Part shown: positions 9,059 through 19,210 of the stretch, in pieces
How positions within the stretch are numbered: the first letter of the stretch is position 1
Layout of the letters: each line of letters starts with the position of its first letter
DNA from: Nitrosopumilaceae archaeon
GTDB lineage: Archaea; Thermoproteota; Nitrososphaeria; Nitrososphaerales; Nitrosopumilaceae
Direction: 5' to 3'
NCBI GenBank assembly: GCA_965214835.1
Contig: CBDCCK010000002.1
Location: 1,280,001 to 1,344,000, forward strand
Length of the DNA: 64,000 bases
Made by a program: the position numbers and the translations under genes
Notes under the pieces: generated by a model
The model's input: only the letters and a program-made list of their open reading frames with translations
The model's database searches: none
Told to the model about the DNA's origin: nothing

Positions 9059-10325
9059 GGATCGCATGTGGATCGTCTGAGATTTTTTCGAGTTCCACCC
9101 GGGTCTCTGTCCCATCCTCCATGTTGCGCAGTACTGCCATTCCAGACCCCAGCTCCTTTGGCGCAATGATGACGGCATATTTGGAATCAGAGGCCATCTC
9201 CATTTGTTTCCTGAGCGGCTTGCCGGCAAGATCAATGTCGGTTGCAATATTGCGCAGCCGCAGGCTAGACGCAACGCCCATTGCGACCCTCTGCATCTCC
9301 TCATTGACGTACAGGACTGAAACCATCTCACGTCTTGTCCTTGGCCAGGCATCCTGTTCATCCATGGTAAGAATAATCCGCTCTACGCCCCCCGCAACCC
9401 CGGTTGCGCCAAGGTCTTCTCGCCCAAATGCGCCGGTAAGCGAGTCATATCGTCCGCCGCCTGCCAGCGCACCCAGGCTGGAATTCTCATCAAAGACCTC
9501 AAAGACGACCCCGGAATAATAGTCCAGGCCTCGCACTATTCCAAAGTTTATTCGCATATTGGAGACACCGCGGCCTTGCAGCGACTCAAAAAGGGATTTC
9601 AGGTAATCCCACGACTCTAGCTCGGAGACCTCAAACTGGGACTCTATTTCATGTATCGTTCCCCTGAGCTGGGAGAACTCTAGGATTTTTTCCAGCTTTG
9701 ACTCGTCATATCCCTTGGCTTTGAACTCTTTGAGGATTTCACTCCTGGGTTTCTTCTGGGTTTTGTCTACGGCGCGCAGGATGTCCCCGACCAGCCGCTC
9801 CTCTGATGACGCAAAGACCCTGTTGATGTAGGATTCCACAAGGTTTCGATGGCTGATGTCTATTGTAATGTTTGAAAGATTCAGTGAGTCAAACAGCCTG
9901 GAGGTCAGCTCTATGATTTCGGATTCAGATTCAAGTCCGGGCTTGCCGTAGACCTCGACGTCCCACTGGTGGAAGTATCGATAGCGCCCCTTTTGCGGCT
10001 CGTCGTACCTAAAGACGCCCCCAAAGCTTGAAATTTTGGCAGGGAGTCTTGCCGACCTCTGCGATGTGATGTATCGGGTAAGGCCAACCGTAAAGTCAAA
10101 ACGCAGTGCAACCTCCCTGCCGCCCTTGTCGATAAAATGGTATATCTCGTCTCGGACTGCAGATCCGGACTTGGCCTCCAAGACAGACAGTAACTCGACG
10201 GGGGACGGATCCATGAATGAAAACCCGTACAGCGAGGACAGCCGTCTGAACTCGTCTCGGATGTGCTCGATCTTTGACTGCTCGTCTGACTCAAAGTCCC
10301 TCATACCACGTGGAAGTTCCAGCAT
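9051..10325 (-). CDS. hisS: Histidyl-tRNA synthetase
   Basis: PRGMRDF, LRFDFT, FRYDEPQKGRYR, RGLDYY and GGGRYD motifs. Confidence 0.96.
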   Translation of the reverse strand: MLELPRGMRDFESDEQSKIEHIRDEFRRLSSLYGFSFMDPSPVELLSVLEAKSGSAVRDEIYHFIDKGGREVALRFDFTVGLTRYITSQRSARLPAKISSFGGVFRYDEPQKGRYRYFHQWDVEVYGKPGLESESEIIELTSRLFDSLNLSNITIDISHRNLVESYINRVFASSEERLVGDILRAVDKTQKKPRSEILKEFKAKGYDESKLEKILEFSQLRGTIHEIESQFEVSELESWDYLKSLFESLQGRGVSNMRINFGIVRGLDYYSGVVFEVFDENSSLGALAGGGRYDSLTGAFGREDLGATGVAGGVERIILTMDEQDAWPRTRREMVSVLYVNEEMQRVAMGVASSLRLRNIATDIDLAGKPLRKQMEMASDSKYAVIIAPKELGSGMAVLRNMEDGTETRVELEKISDDPHAILS

Positions 10326-10681
10326 ACTGGCAGGTTCTAAACTAATGATTTAGAGGTTGCGTTAAACAAACTAAAGCACATATAGACGATCCGGTGCATG
10401 TGACGTGTTTGCGGCAGGAAGCCGTCGTGTGGCAACAATCAAAAGTTCTTCAACGCATATGGGCATTAACTACGCAGGAGTATGAGACGTTATATCGAAT
10501 CTTATCTGTAGCGGATGCCGTATTATCCATGTTGGGCCCAAGAGCTGAAGTAGCCTTGCCACGTATGAGGGCGTGCGTGAGACTGGCTCAGAGTAGGCGG
10601 ACAACGAAATGCCACATCTAGGGCGAATGGGAGTTTTCCGCGCAGTTGGGCACACACTTTGATCAACAAGGAGGCGATATA

Positions 10682-11045
10682 ATGATCAACATCGGAATAG
10701 ACGTTCATCAAAATATGCGCGTAACAACCATCTAGGACGATACTGCAAAGATTCTGGAGCAAGCGGAGTTTCCCAACACGGACGACGGAATAAGAAAGTT
10801 CACCGGACAGATCAACGAGGAATATACAGGACACAAGATCCGTGCAGTCTGGGGCAGCGGGGAATTACTGGATCCTGCTGCATGACATGCTTGAGGATGA
10901 GCAAATAGGCACGCTGCTGGCGCATCCTGCCAAGACCAAGGCCATAGCACATGCAAGACTAAAGGGCGATAAAGTAGACTCGGTACTGGCAGATCTGCTC
11001 AGGATGGACATGGTGTACGAGTCGTTCGTGCCTGATATGGTACAC
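10682..11045 (+). pseudogene. IS110-family transposase N-terminal remnant (stop, frameshift, truncated near a MITE)
   Basis: MINIGIDVHQ...; GNYWILLHDML...AHPAKTKAIAHARLKGDKVD, the DEDD RuvC-like domain. Confidence 0.8.
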
Positions 11046-11058
11046 ACATCAAAAATTG

Positions 11059-11151
11059 GTATGTGGTCACCTACCCATATCAATCAGGCACGAATTGACA
11101 TGCATGGTCATGATTTCCATGCCTGGTTAGCAATGGGACGTGACCGCATAC
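11059..11151. mobile_element. MITE family D copy
   Basis: Ends GTATGTGGTCAC / GTGACCGCATAC; internal CAGGCACGAATT; no TSD seen. Confidence 0.8.
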
Positions 11152-11397
11152 ACGCAAGAAGATGCTTCCTGTTGTTGAAGATCTTCTAATCAGCACCCTA
11201 GATTCTTCTCAAGCTCTTCATCACCTGAATCCATTTGCGCGGGCTTGGATTAGTGTACATGATTGAAGACCAATCACCTTCGTGTCAAAATATACACGAC
11301 ATCGCAAAATTATGATCGGTTATTTTGCATAGACACTAATTGGCAAATCATGTGACACGGTTACAAAATTGTTATAAACCTTGCCACCTAATAGGAC

Positions 11398-11486
11398 GTA
11401 AGAGTTTACCCCCCAGGCGGCACTCGATTAGAACCTTCATGATCACGCCTGCCACGCCGTATCTCAGGAGAGGGACAAACTCTTAC
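11398..11486. mobile_element. MITE family C copy (89 bp)
   Basis: TIR GTAAGAGTTT / AAACTCTTAC; perfect 9-bp TSD TAATAGGAC at 11389-11397 and 11487-11495. Confidence 0.88.
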
Positions 11487-11498
11487 TAATAGGACGAT

Positions 11499-12374
11499 AT
11501 GGACAGGTGGATTTGGCCCGTGACGCAGGAGAACTGGGACGTCGTCCGCGATTATTCCATTTGGGCCGTAGACAAGGAATTCAAAACAAAGAGCATCAAA
11601 ATCGACGACTATATCCTATTTTATGTGAAGGGAACCGGCCTTTTCCGTGGAATCTACCAAGTTGTAAGCACTTGGTACAAATCAGACAAGCTTGTATGGT
11701 CAGACGAGACCAAATCTAAAAGGAAGATCTACCCCTACCAATGTAAACTGAGGCCATTTTTGATCAAGGACGTGATCTTCAAAAACATCAGAGACAAGTT
11801 GGACTTTTCCAGCAAGTATGTTGCCAACCCCAACGTAGTTCTCATGGCTACGGGAAACGGGCCTGCAAACTTTAGCCGTCCCATACCAGAACAGGACATG
11901 AAAATCATAGCAGAACACATGACAACCATCATAAAATCAGACAAGGCCGAAGAGGGCTCCGAGCACAAGAAGATAATCGAGTTTCTGAGTGAGATTGGCG
12001 ACGCGCTAGGATTTGAAACACATACGGAACAGGAATACACGCTTGTGGCTCCCGGATCTGTAGTGGATATGATATGGGAGACTCGGATTGGCAGCATGGG
12101 CACCATAAAATACGCCTTTGAGGTTCAGTCTAAGGGATCCATCAAGTCACTGATCAACAATCTTGTGCAATCGATGAATGATCCTACAGTGAAAAAGGTG
12201 GTGGCCGTCTCTGACACAAAACAGCTTGACAAGATTCGGGATATGGTGAAAAGCACTAACGCATACACAAACATGGCACAATCGATGTTTGTATTTCTGG
12301 ATGTAAGGATGATCAGCGAGTTTATCACGTTGGTGCCGCAGCTAAACAACTTCAAGAAGATGCTGTCCGTCTAG
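11499..12374 (+). CDS. EVE domain fused to PD-(D/E)xK-like nuclease; putative modification-dependent restriction endonuclease
   Basis: N-terminal ENWDVVRDYSIW...DYILFYVKG...GIYQV (EVE/PUA fold); C-terminal H...IGDALGF...VDMIW...FEVQ nuclease-like motif. Confidence 0.72.
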   Translation: MDRWIWPVTQENWDVVRDYSIWAVDKEFKTKSIKIDDYILFYVKGTGLFRGIYQVVSTWYKSDKLVWSDETKSKRKIYPYQCKLRPFLIKDVIFKNIRDKLDFSSKYVANPNVVLMATGNGPANFSRPIPEQDMKIIAEHMTTIIKSDKAEEGSEHKKIIEFLSEIGDALGFETHTEQEYTLVAPGSVVDMIWETRIGSMGTIKYAFEVQSKGSIKSLINNLVQSMNDPTVKKVVAVSDTKQLDKIRDMVKSTNAYTNMAQSMFVFLDVRMISEFITLVPQLNNFKKMLSV

Positions 12375-12445
12375 CATATCTGCAGGATCCGCAACATGCA
12401 TGCTTGTTGAAATCATTATTTACTGGCAAGATAGACAGATTGCAG

Positions 12446-12862
12446 TTGAGTTACAGATTCTTGGAGCACACAACTGATGCCATCATCGAGGTAGAGGCCC
12501 CCACGCTCGAAGAGGCGTTCCAGGTTGCAGGGGATGCAGTCATAGACACCACTCTTAATCCGGATGCGGTCGACGAGACAGAAACAAGGGAGTTTTCTGC
12601 AGAGGGAAAGGACTTGAGATATCTGTTGTTCAGCTGGCTTGAGGAGGTGATTTACCTGCTGATAACAGACGGATTTGCGATTAAAAAACTAGAGCCAAAG
12701 ATTTCCCGGTCTGAAAACATGAAGATTGCCTGCAGGGCCACAGGAGAGCCGATTGATCTGTCAAAGCACGGATTCAGGGTGGAGATCAAGGCACCGACAT
12801 TTCACGACATGGAAATAAAACAAAATGGCGGCGTCTACATGAGATTCTTGCTGGATCTGTAA
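12446..12862 (+). CDS. Archease
   Basis: YRFLEHTTD...EIKAPTFH...LLDL signature. Confidence 0.92.
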   Translation: MSYRFLEHTTDAIIEVEAPTLEEAFQVAGDAVIDTTLNPDAVDETETREFSAEGKDLRYLLFSWLEEVIYLLITDGFAIKKLEPKISRSENMKIACRATGEPIDLSKHGFRVEIKAPTFHDMEIKQNGGVYMRFLLDL

Positions 12863-12894
12863 GGTAATTATAGGCTGCAGTGAGGTTGGGCGAC

Positions 12895-13293
12895 ATGGAA
12901 GACGAGGAGCTTAAGCGGCTAAAGGAGAGAAAACTGCAGGAGATGATGGCCGCAAGCCAGATCCCGCAAAATGTAGGAGTCGTGGATCTTGACGGCTCAA
13001 ACTTTGATCAGGTTACTGCAAGGGATGGTCTGACTCTAGTTGATTTTTGGGCAGAGTGGTGCGGGCCCTGCAAGCTTATGCACCCCGTTTTTGAGAGAAT
13101 GTCAAAAAAATACAGGCAGGTGACCTTTGCAAGGGTCAATGTGGATCAAAACCAGCCAATCGCCATGAGGTTCGGAGTACAGGCAATTCCCACGTTTATT
13201 ATGTTCAAAGGCGGCATGGAGGTTGACAAGATGATGGGTGCCGTAGGAGAGCCAGGCATACACATGATCATCAGAAAGCACTCCAAGGAATAG
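12895..13293 (+). CDS. trxA: Thioredoxin
   Basis: DFWAEWCGPCK active site; AIPT cis-Pro loop. Confidence 0.93.
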   Translation: MEDEELKRLKERKLQEMMAASQIPQNVGVVDLDGSNFDQVTARDGLTLVDFWAEWCGPCKLMHPVFERMSKKYRQVTFARVNVDQNQPIAMRFGVQAIPTFIMFKGGMEVDKMMGAVGEPGIHMIIRKHSKE

Positions 13294-13371
13294 TTTGTAA
13301 ATTATTATTGCTTGTCTACAGGAACAAATTACACGTCGTTTTTAATAAAAAATTTTCAGGACGAACCACTG

Positions 13372-14532
13372 ATGAGGCCTGAGATGCTGTCGGTGGCGAT
13401 ACTTGCCGCATTCATGCTAGCTTTACCTGTCCACGGGGACGTATTGACGCTTGAGACCGACAAGCCATCCTATGACAGGGGAGACAAAATAGTTTTTTCA
13501 GGGATCGAGGAGGACGGCAAAAAACTGGTGACGCTGATCATCAGGGATCCGTCTGGAACCAAGGTTGATCTCAGGGGAGATCCCTCCTCGGACAATGACG
13601 GGAGCTTTGAGATATCACCCATAAGCGTCAGGGATGCATTTTACACCCCTGGAATCTACAAGATACAGGCGTTTACCGATACGCAATCGGTGGCAGATTC
13701 AACTGACATTCACATGGAGTATGACGGAAAGACTGTAAAAACGGTCAAGGTTTACGATTTGGAGCTGCAGCACATCGGAGACAGGGTGATAGACGAAAAC
13801 GAGGAGTTTTCATTTGTTGCAGGCATTACGGATTCGTCAATCGTAGATGAGGAGTACAGCCTTGGAGGTAGTGCCCCGGTCGGGACGGCCATTGAGCCAA
13901 AGTCAGGCAGGTTCACCTGGACTCCAGCCGAATCACAGGGACCTGGAGCATACGTGATGGATGTCATAGTACGGGCAGGGGTTTCTGAGGACAGCGAGAC
14001 CATAACCATAACAGTGAACGAGGTTGTAGAGCCCGTGATGGAGAATCCAGCCCCTAGTCCGATGGAGAAACCAGCCTCCAGCCCAGCCACGCCTTCTGAT
14101 CCAGATAGGGCACATGTAGAGCCGCCGCTGGGAATGGCATCATTTGTGGATCCCCAAAGGGATCCGCAGCACTATGTTGACAGGTACAACAATGAAGGGA
14201 TATACAGGGACTGGTTTGACGAGAGGTTCCCGCAGTACTCGTCGATTTACCAGGCAGTGGGGCTGGAGGAACCGCTGGGAATGGCATCATTTGTGGATCC
14301 CCAAAGGGATCCGCAGCACTATGTTGACAGGTACAACAATGAAGGGATATACAGGGACTGGTTTGACGAGAGGTTCCCGCAGTACTCGTCGATTTACCAG
14401 GCAGTGGGGCTGGAGGAGCCCAAGACAGGAATATGCGGGGAGGGAACCGCCCTGGTTGGCGGGGTCTGTACCGTCATGGAGAGTCACGGGCAGGCGCAGG
14501 ATCAGATGTGCTTTTTGTTCTGGTGCTGGTAG
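13372..14532 (+). CDS. Secreted/surface protein: Ig/cadherin-like domain, Pro-rich linker, two identical 49-aa repeats, Cys-rich tail
   Basis: Signal peptide; TDKPSY..GD; G...I...SGRFTWTP (putative Ig); tandem repeat; ends CFLFWCW. Confidence 0.8.
   Translation: MRPEMLSVAILAAFMLALPVHGDVLTLETDKPSYDRGDKIVFSGIEEDGKKLVTLIIRDPSGTKVDLRGDPSSDNDGSFEISPISVRDAFYTPGIYKIQAFTDTQSVADSTDIHMEYDGKTVKTVKVYDLELQHIGDRVIDENEEFSFVAGITDSSIVDEEYSLGGSAPVGTAIEPKSGRFTWTPAESQGPGAYVMDVIVRAGVSEDSETITITVNEVVEPVMENPAPSPMEKPASSPATPSDPDRAHVEPPLGMASFVDPQRDPQHYVDRYNNEGIYRDWFDERFPQYSSIYQAVGLEEPLGMASFVDPQRDPQHYVDRYNNEGIYRDWFDERFPQYSSIYQAVGLEEPKTGICGEGTALVGGVCTVMESHGQAQDQMCFLFWCW
14125..14417 (+). repeat. Intragenic tandem duplication, period 147 bp
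   Basis: 14125-14270 is identical to 14272-14417. Confidence 0.95.
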
Positions 14533-14543
14533 CCGGCGCCCGT

Positions 14544-16325
14544 TCAGTAGCCGTAGGATGGGTCATTCCTGCGCTGGACATCGACGACAAAGTTCAGGAT
14601 CTCCACCTGTTCGGCAGTTAGCTTGTGTATGAACCTGTTCAGGAGTTTTTTTGCCTCCTGCGGATGAGGCAGTGTATAGAACTCGTCCTCCTCGCTGATC
14701 TGTCTTCCAATCGTGACCCCCTGTACGGAGCATGCGACCTCCTGTCCGGATCTTGTCTCGTCCAGGGACTTTTTGTCGTCTTGCAATTGATGGACTATCC
14801 CTATGCGCCTGCCATTCTTGTTCATAAACTGCACCTTTTGCTTTAGTACGCCGGCATCGACCCTGATTCCAAACACCGCAGGATCGCTGTTTCTAAAAAC
14901 ATATCCCTTAAGGAAGGTAAACTTTGCAATGGGGGTTATTTCAGAGAATACGGCGTCCTCCTCATGCGCAGTATCATCTGCCACCCACTGGCGATAGGTA
15001 TCAATCAGGTTGTAGATTACCCGGTCTTCAAAGAGCCGTACATGGCCGGCACTAGATTCCTCCCTGGCATCAGGCAGGATCCTTACGTTGAATGCAAGGA
15101 CTACCCCGAGGTGTCGATCATTTTCCTTGATTGTCCTTGCCTCCACGACGTCGCGTCGCGTAACGGGGCCGACATCGGCCTTTGCGACGGGTACCCGCTC
15201 CCTTCTTAGCATCTCGGTTATGGCCTCAAGGGAGCCTATCGTGTCACACTTTAGAATTATGCCGTTGGACTCGGTATCTATGAAAACGGATCTCATCTCC
15301 TCCTCGATCTGATTTTTGAGCCGCTCAATCTCGTCAGGCCTTGAGGAGACATAAAGGGTACTCCCGGGCAGGACGCCTTCGAGGTCGGGTGAGGCGATTT
15401 TGATCCCTGCGGCGGCGACTATCTCATCGACGGGCTTGAACTTGTCACGGGGATCCCGCATCTCATCGAGGGGCTTGGGAAGTAAGATGGCCTTGGGCTT
15501 GGTTGCAATCACCGAGTCGCGCCTTGCCACGACCACCGAGTCGCTCTTACTCATGCTTCCGTCTATGAGAATGACGTTGGCAGTCTGGCCCAGCCCCGCC
15601 TCATCGTTGACCTCAAGTACGATGCCGCGGCTTGCCTTTTCCTCCTGGCTGAGTTTTTTGTTTAGGTATTGCTGGGTAAGGCCGACTAGCACGGTAAGCA
15701 GTTCGGGTATTCCAACGCCGGTCCTGGCAGAGACGGGAACTATCGCAATCTCCTTTTTAAAGTCCTGAATGCGGTAAAATGCCTCGGATTGGTATCCCAG
15801 AATCGAAAGCGAGCCCACCACGTCGTAAATTTTTTGATCCAAGTCGTCCCGAATGGAGGCATCCTGTTCCTTGATTACTTGGGAGATGAATCTGCTCTCA
15901 GATGCCCGCCATCCGGAGATCTGATCACACTTGTTCAGTGCCACAACAAAGGGAACCTTTCTGTCTTCTAGAATTTGCAGGCTTTCGCGTGTTTGGGGCT
16001 GAAATCCCCTGTTGACGTCAACGACTAGGATTGCAATGTCGGCAGCCGAGCCGCCCCTTGCCCTGAGGTTTGTAAAGACTTCGTGTCCCGGGGTGTCGAT
16101 GACTAGGAGTCCGGGAATCTGCGTTTCGGCGGACTCTAGTTTTTTGTATAACGAACCGCAGGTCTCCTTGACCGTGTAGGTGGGAAGAAAGCTTGCCCCA
16201 ATATGCTGGGTGATTCCTCCTGCCTCACGGCCCTGGACTCCCGTGCCGCGGATCTGGTCTAGCAGTGAGGTCTTGCCTGAATCAACATGACCTAAAACTG
16301 CCACGATTGGCTGACGGATCTTCAA
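14544..16325 (-). CDS. infB: Translation initiation factor aIF5B (IF-2)
   Basis: GHVDSGKT, GGITQHIGA, DTPGH and NKCD motifs. Confidence 0.96.
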   Translation of the reverse strand: MKIRQPIVAVLGHVDSGKTSLLDQIRGTGVQGREAGGITQHIGASFLPTYTVKETCGSLYKKLESAETQIPGLLVIDTPGHEVFTNLRARGGSAADIAILVVDVNRGFQPQTRESLQILEDRKVPFVVALNKCDQISGWRASESRFISQVIKEQDASIRDDLDQKIYDVVGSLSILGYQSEAFYRIQDFKKEIAIVPVSARTGVGIPELLTVLVGLTQQYLNKKLSQEEKASRGIVLEVNDEAGLGQTANVILIDGSMSKSDSVVVARRDSVIATKPKAILLPKPLDEMRDPRDKFKPVDEIVAAAGIKIASPDLEGVLPGSTLYVSSRPDEIERLKNQIEEEMRSVFIDTESNGIILKCDTIGSLEAITEMLRRERVPVAKADVGPVTRRDVVEARTIKENDRHLGVVLAFNVRILPDAREESSAGHVRLFEDRVIYNLIDTYRQWVADDTAHEEDAVFSEITPIAKFTFLKGYVFRNSDPAVFGIRVDAGVLKQKVQFMNKNGRRIGIVHQLQDDKKSLDETRSGQEVACSVQGVTIGRQISEEDEFYTLPHPQEAKKLLNRFIHKLTAEQVEILNFVVDVQRRNDPSYGY

Positions 16326-16331
16326 CCCAGA

Positions 16332-16733
16332 TCACGAAAACGCTACCTTCGATTCGTGATCAAAACTTGCCTGAGAGTCTGATGCGTGGATGATATTTTC
16401 GCTAAAGCCAAGGCCAAAGTCCCCCCTGACAGAGCCGGGTGCTGCCTCAAAGGACTTTGTCGCGCCGATCATGGTTCTGGTGGCGGCAATCGCACTATTG
16501 CCCTCAATAATGGCGGCAACCACCGGGCCGGATGTGATAAACGATGTCAGTTCCCCAAAGAACGGCTTGTCCTTGTGCACATCATAGAACCGCTCTGCCT
16601 GCTCTTGTGTAAATTGGAACATTTTGAGCTTGAGTACTGCAAACCCCTTTCTTTCAAAACGCGCGATGATCTCACCTACGAGTTTCCGCCTTACTGCGTC
16701 AGGCTTTACTATGAATAATGTCTGTTCGGCCAA
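16332..16733 (-). CDS. ndk: Nucleoside diphosphate kinase
   Basis: VKPDA, PGSVRGDF and NIIHASDS motifs. Confidence 0.95.
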   Translation of the reverse strand: MAEQTLFIVKPDAVRRKLVGEIIARFERKGFAVLKLKMFQFTQEQAERFYDVHKDKPFFGELTSFITSGPVVAAIIEGNSAIAATRTMIGATKSFEAAPGSVRGDFGLGFSENIIHASDSQASFDHESKVAFS

Positions 16734-16735
16734 AT

Positions 16736-16939
16736 CTACCTCTTTTGCCTGATTCCGCCCTTGACGTATTTTTTGGTCCACTTCAGCTTTCTGGGATCAC
16801 GTTTTAGCTCCAGCATGTTCTTTTTGCACTTTGAGGAACAAAACCAGAGTACGGTGCCGTCATTTTTTATCAGCATGGTGCCAGAACCCTTTGCCACCGG
16901 CCTGTCACAGAAACTACATGGCTTTACTAGAAGACTCAT
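16736..16939 (-). CDS. rpl24e: Ribosomal protein L24e
   Basis: CSFC...G.G...DG...FCSSKC...PRKLKWT. Confidence 0.94.
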   Translation of the reverse strand: MSLLVKPCSFCDRPVAKGSGTMLIKNDGTVLWFCSSKCKKNMLELKRDPRKLKWTKKYVKGGIRQKR

Positions 16940-16951
16940 TTCCAACTTTTC

Positions 16952-17164
16952 CTATTTGATCTTCTTTGCTTCCCTTTCGGTTTCCCTCAGCATCAGGATA
17001 TCGCCCATTCTGACGGAGCCCTTTACGTTTCTGGTAAGAATCCTGCCCCTGTCCTTGCCTGACATTATCTTCACCCTAACTTGGATGACCTCGCCTGCAA
17101 TCCCGGTTCTTCCGACAATCTGAATGATTTCAGCTTGGGTCACTTCTTCGGTTTCTGTGCTCAT
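16952..17164 (-). CDS. rps28e: Ribosomal protein S28e
   Basis: [12 protein letters not shown]...RNVKG...LRETEREA. Confidence 0.95.
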   Translation of the reverse strand: MSTETEEVTQAEIIQIVGRTGIAGEVIQVRVKIMSGKDRGRILTRNVKGSVRMGDILMLRETEREAKKIK

Positions 17165-17547
17165 TGATCAGTCTTGCCACCTTTAGTTTTAGCAATTGAT
17201 GAAATGACTTGATCAATGATGTGTTGGGCGTCGCCGGAATCTAGGATAGCTGCTGCCGCAGACGTAATATCGATTCCAAGAGCCTTGCCTAGATCCTGCT
17301 TGCTTGGAACAAACACATACGCTGCGTTTTGCTCCTCGCACAGGATTGGCAGGTGTGCTACGACCTCTGGGGGCTCTACGTCCTCTGCTATAACTATCAA
17401 CTTGCTTGAGCCCCTCTCGATTGCCTTTGTTGCCTCATTGGTGCCTTTTTTGACCTTACCGCTCTGAGTGGCAACGCGAAGCGCCTCATAAATCGGATTT
17501 ACAAGGTCTTGGGGGGTCTCAAATTTTACATAGTAAGCCTTACCCAT
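17161..17547 (-). CDS. rpl7ae: Ribosomal protein L7Ae
   Basis: [14 protein letters not shown]...[16 protein letters not shown]. Confidence 0.96.
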   Translation of the reverse strand: MGKAYYVKFETPQDLVNPIYEALRVATQSGKVKKGTNEATKAIERGSSKLIVIAEDVEPPEVVAHLPILCEEQNAAYVFVPSKQDLGKALGIDITSAAAAILDSGDAQHIIDQVISSIAKTKGGKTDQ

Positions 17548-17620
17548 AATACATCACCCTAAGGGATCATCTCCATTCCACATCTGGACGCAATTGGTTT
17601 TAAAAGTGTTATTCGGCGAT

Positions 17621-18904
17621 CAGTCATCCCAGAAGTAACCCAAAATAGCCCGTTTTGACCGAAACAGATCAATTAGGGGCCGTCCCAGAAGGTACTCATG
17701 CACCACCAAAAGAACCAACTGAGACGTGATGCTCTTAACAACCCGCGCATATATCAAGCTATACTGGAGACCGTAGGCGACGGCATGGCCTCGTGCATCG
17801 GGGTCAGACAAGCACAATGCCATCTATACGGCAGACGACTTGGGTGCCTGACGCGAGCGGCCGCATCCAACGGGCAGGTGGCCAACTGCACGACATATGC
17901 ACGGGAGGTGCCGACGATCCCGGGGCTGTTCCGCAACCCCACAGACGAGTGGATCCGTGGCGTCGCCGTAAGATCCGAGCCCGGCCAGATCCTAGACTGT
18001 CTTGCAGGTACCGTGTGCCGGCAGCTGGAACAATCGAGGGAGATGAAACTGATCAAGGAGGGCCAAAAGCTGGACATGGCAATAGACATGCACCTCATAC
18101 CGCGCTACGACAAGAAACACGGTAAGGAGCTGGTCCACTCGAAGAAGAAAAACGGGACGCACGTCTTTGAGCGGTACATCACTATGCAGTGTATCGTGGC
18201 GCACTGCCGCCTCGTACTGCCTGTACTGTACATGCCGGCCCTTGAGGATACGGCCGATTTCGTGCGTAAAATCATCGATTCTGCACACCTTGCAGGAACC
18301 GAGCCCGCAGTCGTGATGCTGGATCGCGAGTTCTTTTCAGCATCCGTCATCTGAGCTGGATGCGACAGGAGTCATACACATTATACCGTGCAAGAATACG
18401 GATACGGTCGTTGCCACGCTCAAGGAAAACGATGACGGAAAAAGAAGAGAGGTCGAGTCGGTCACATCCTAGACGTCCGGATCCGCACGGTACACGATGG
18501 TCATCACAAAGAGAAAGAAAAAGCGGTCAGACAGGATCAAGGAGGAGGAGCTGCTGGCACACGAGCGACTCATCGGATTTGCAACCAACGTGCTAGGAAT
18601 AGATCCGGACGAGTACAGCCGCAGGTGGGGAATAGAGACAGGATACCGGACGATAGAGAACGCAAGGGTTAGGACCCACTGCAAGAGCCCGGTCGCAAGG
18701 ATGCCGTACTTTACTCGGCGGCAGTCTTCAACGCGTGGGTCATGGCAAACGCGATGATGAGGGACATAACGGGGATCATTACCGAGGATCCCCTGATCAA
18801 CCAGCAGTGCCTCAATGACGTGATCAAGTGCCGTACATCAGACTATAGGATGCTGCTCAAGCACCCTCCACCGGTGCCTCCCTGAGTTACTTCTGGGAAG
18901 ACTG
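17621..18904 (+). mobile_element. ISH3-family element with a frameshifted/stopped transposase
   Basis: TIR CAGTCATCCCAGAAGTAAC / GTTACTTCTGGGAAGACTG; fragments AIDMHLIPRYD, LDREFF and YSRRWGIETGYR. Confidence 0.85.
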
Positions 18905-19075
18905 ACGTGGTAGGTACGGTTGAAAACTGAGCTTTTTTATCGAAATGGGCATAATGTGCCAAAATTATGATCCATTTTTTTGATGTGCGCATTGCGGTGC
19001 AGATGATCACATGCGGGTATACAGGCAGCCAGACGTGGCGTTTTGATTGGAGTCGTTTTATGGGGGTCGTTTTAT

Positions 19076-19205
19076 GGGTGTTGTTTCCTAATTCGCCAGA
19101 ATTCCTGAAAACCGTTGAGATGCCACGTGGATCAGTCGTGCAAAAGGGCAAAAATTCAGAAAAACATACAGATCGAGTCAGGCAGGTGGAATTAAGAAAC
19201 AACCC
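19076..19205. mobile_element. MITE family B copy (about 130 bp)
   Basis: Imperfect TIR GGGTGTTGTTTCCTAATTC / GAATTAAGAAACAACCC; colinear with 59271-59499. Confidence 0.75.
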
Positions 19206-19210
19206 TCGTT

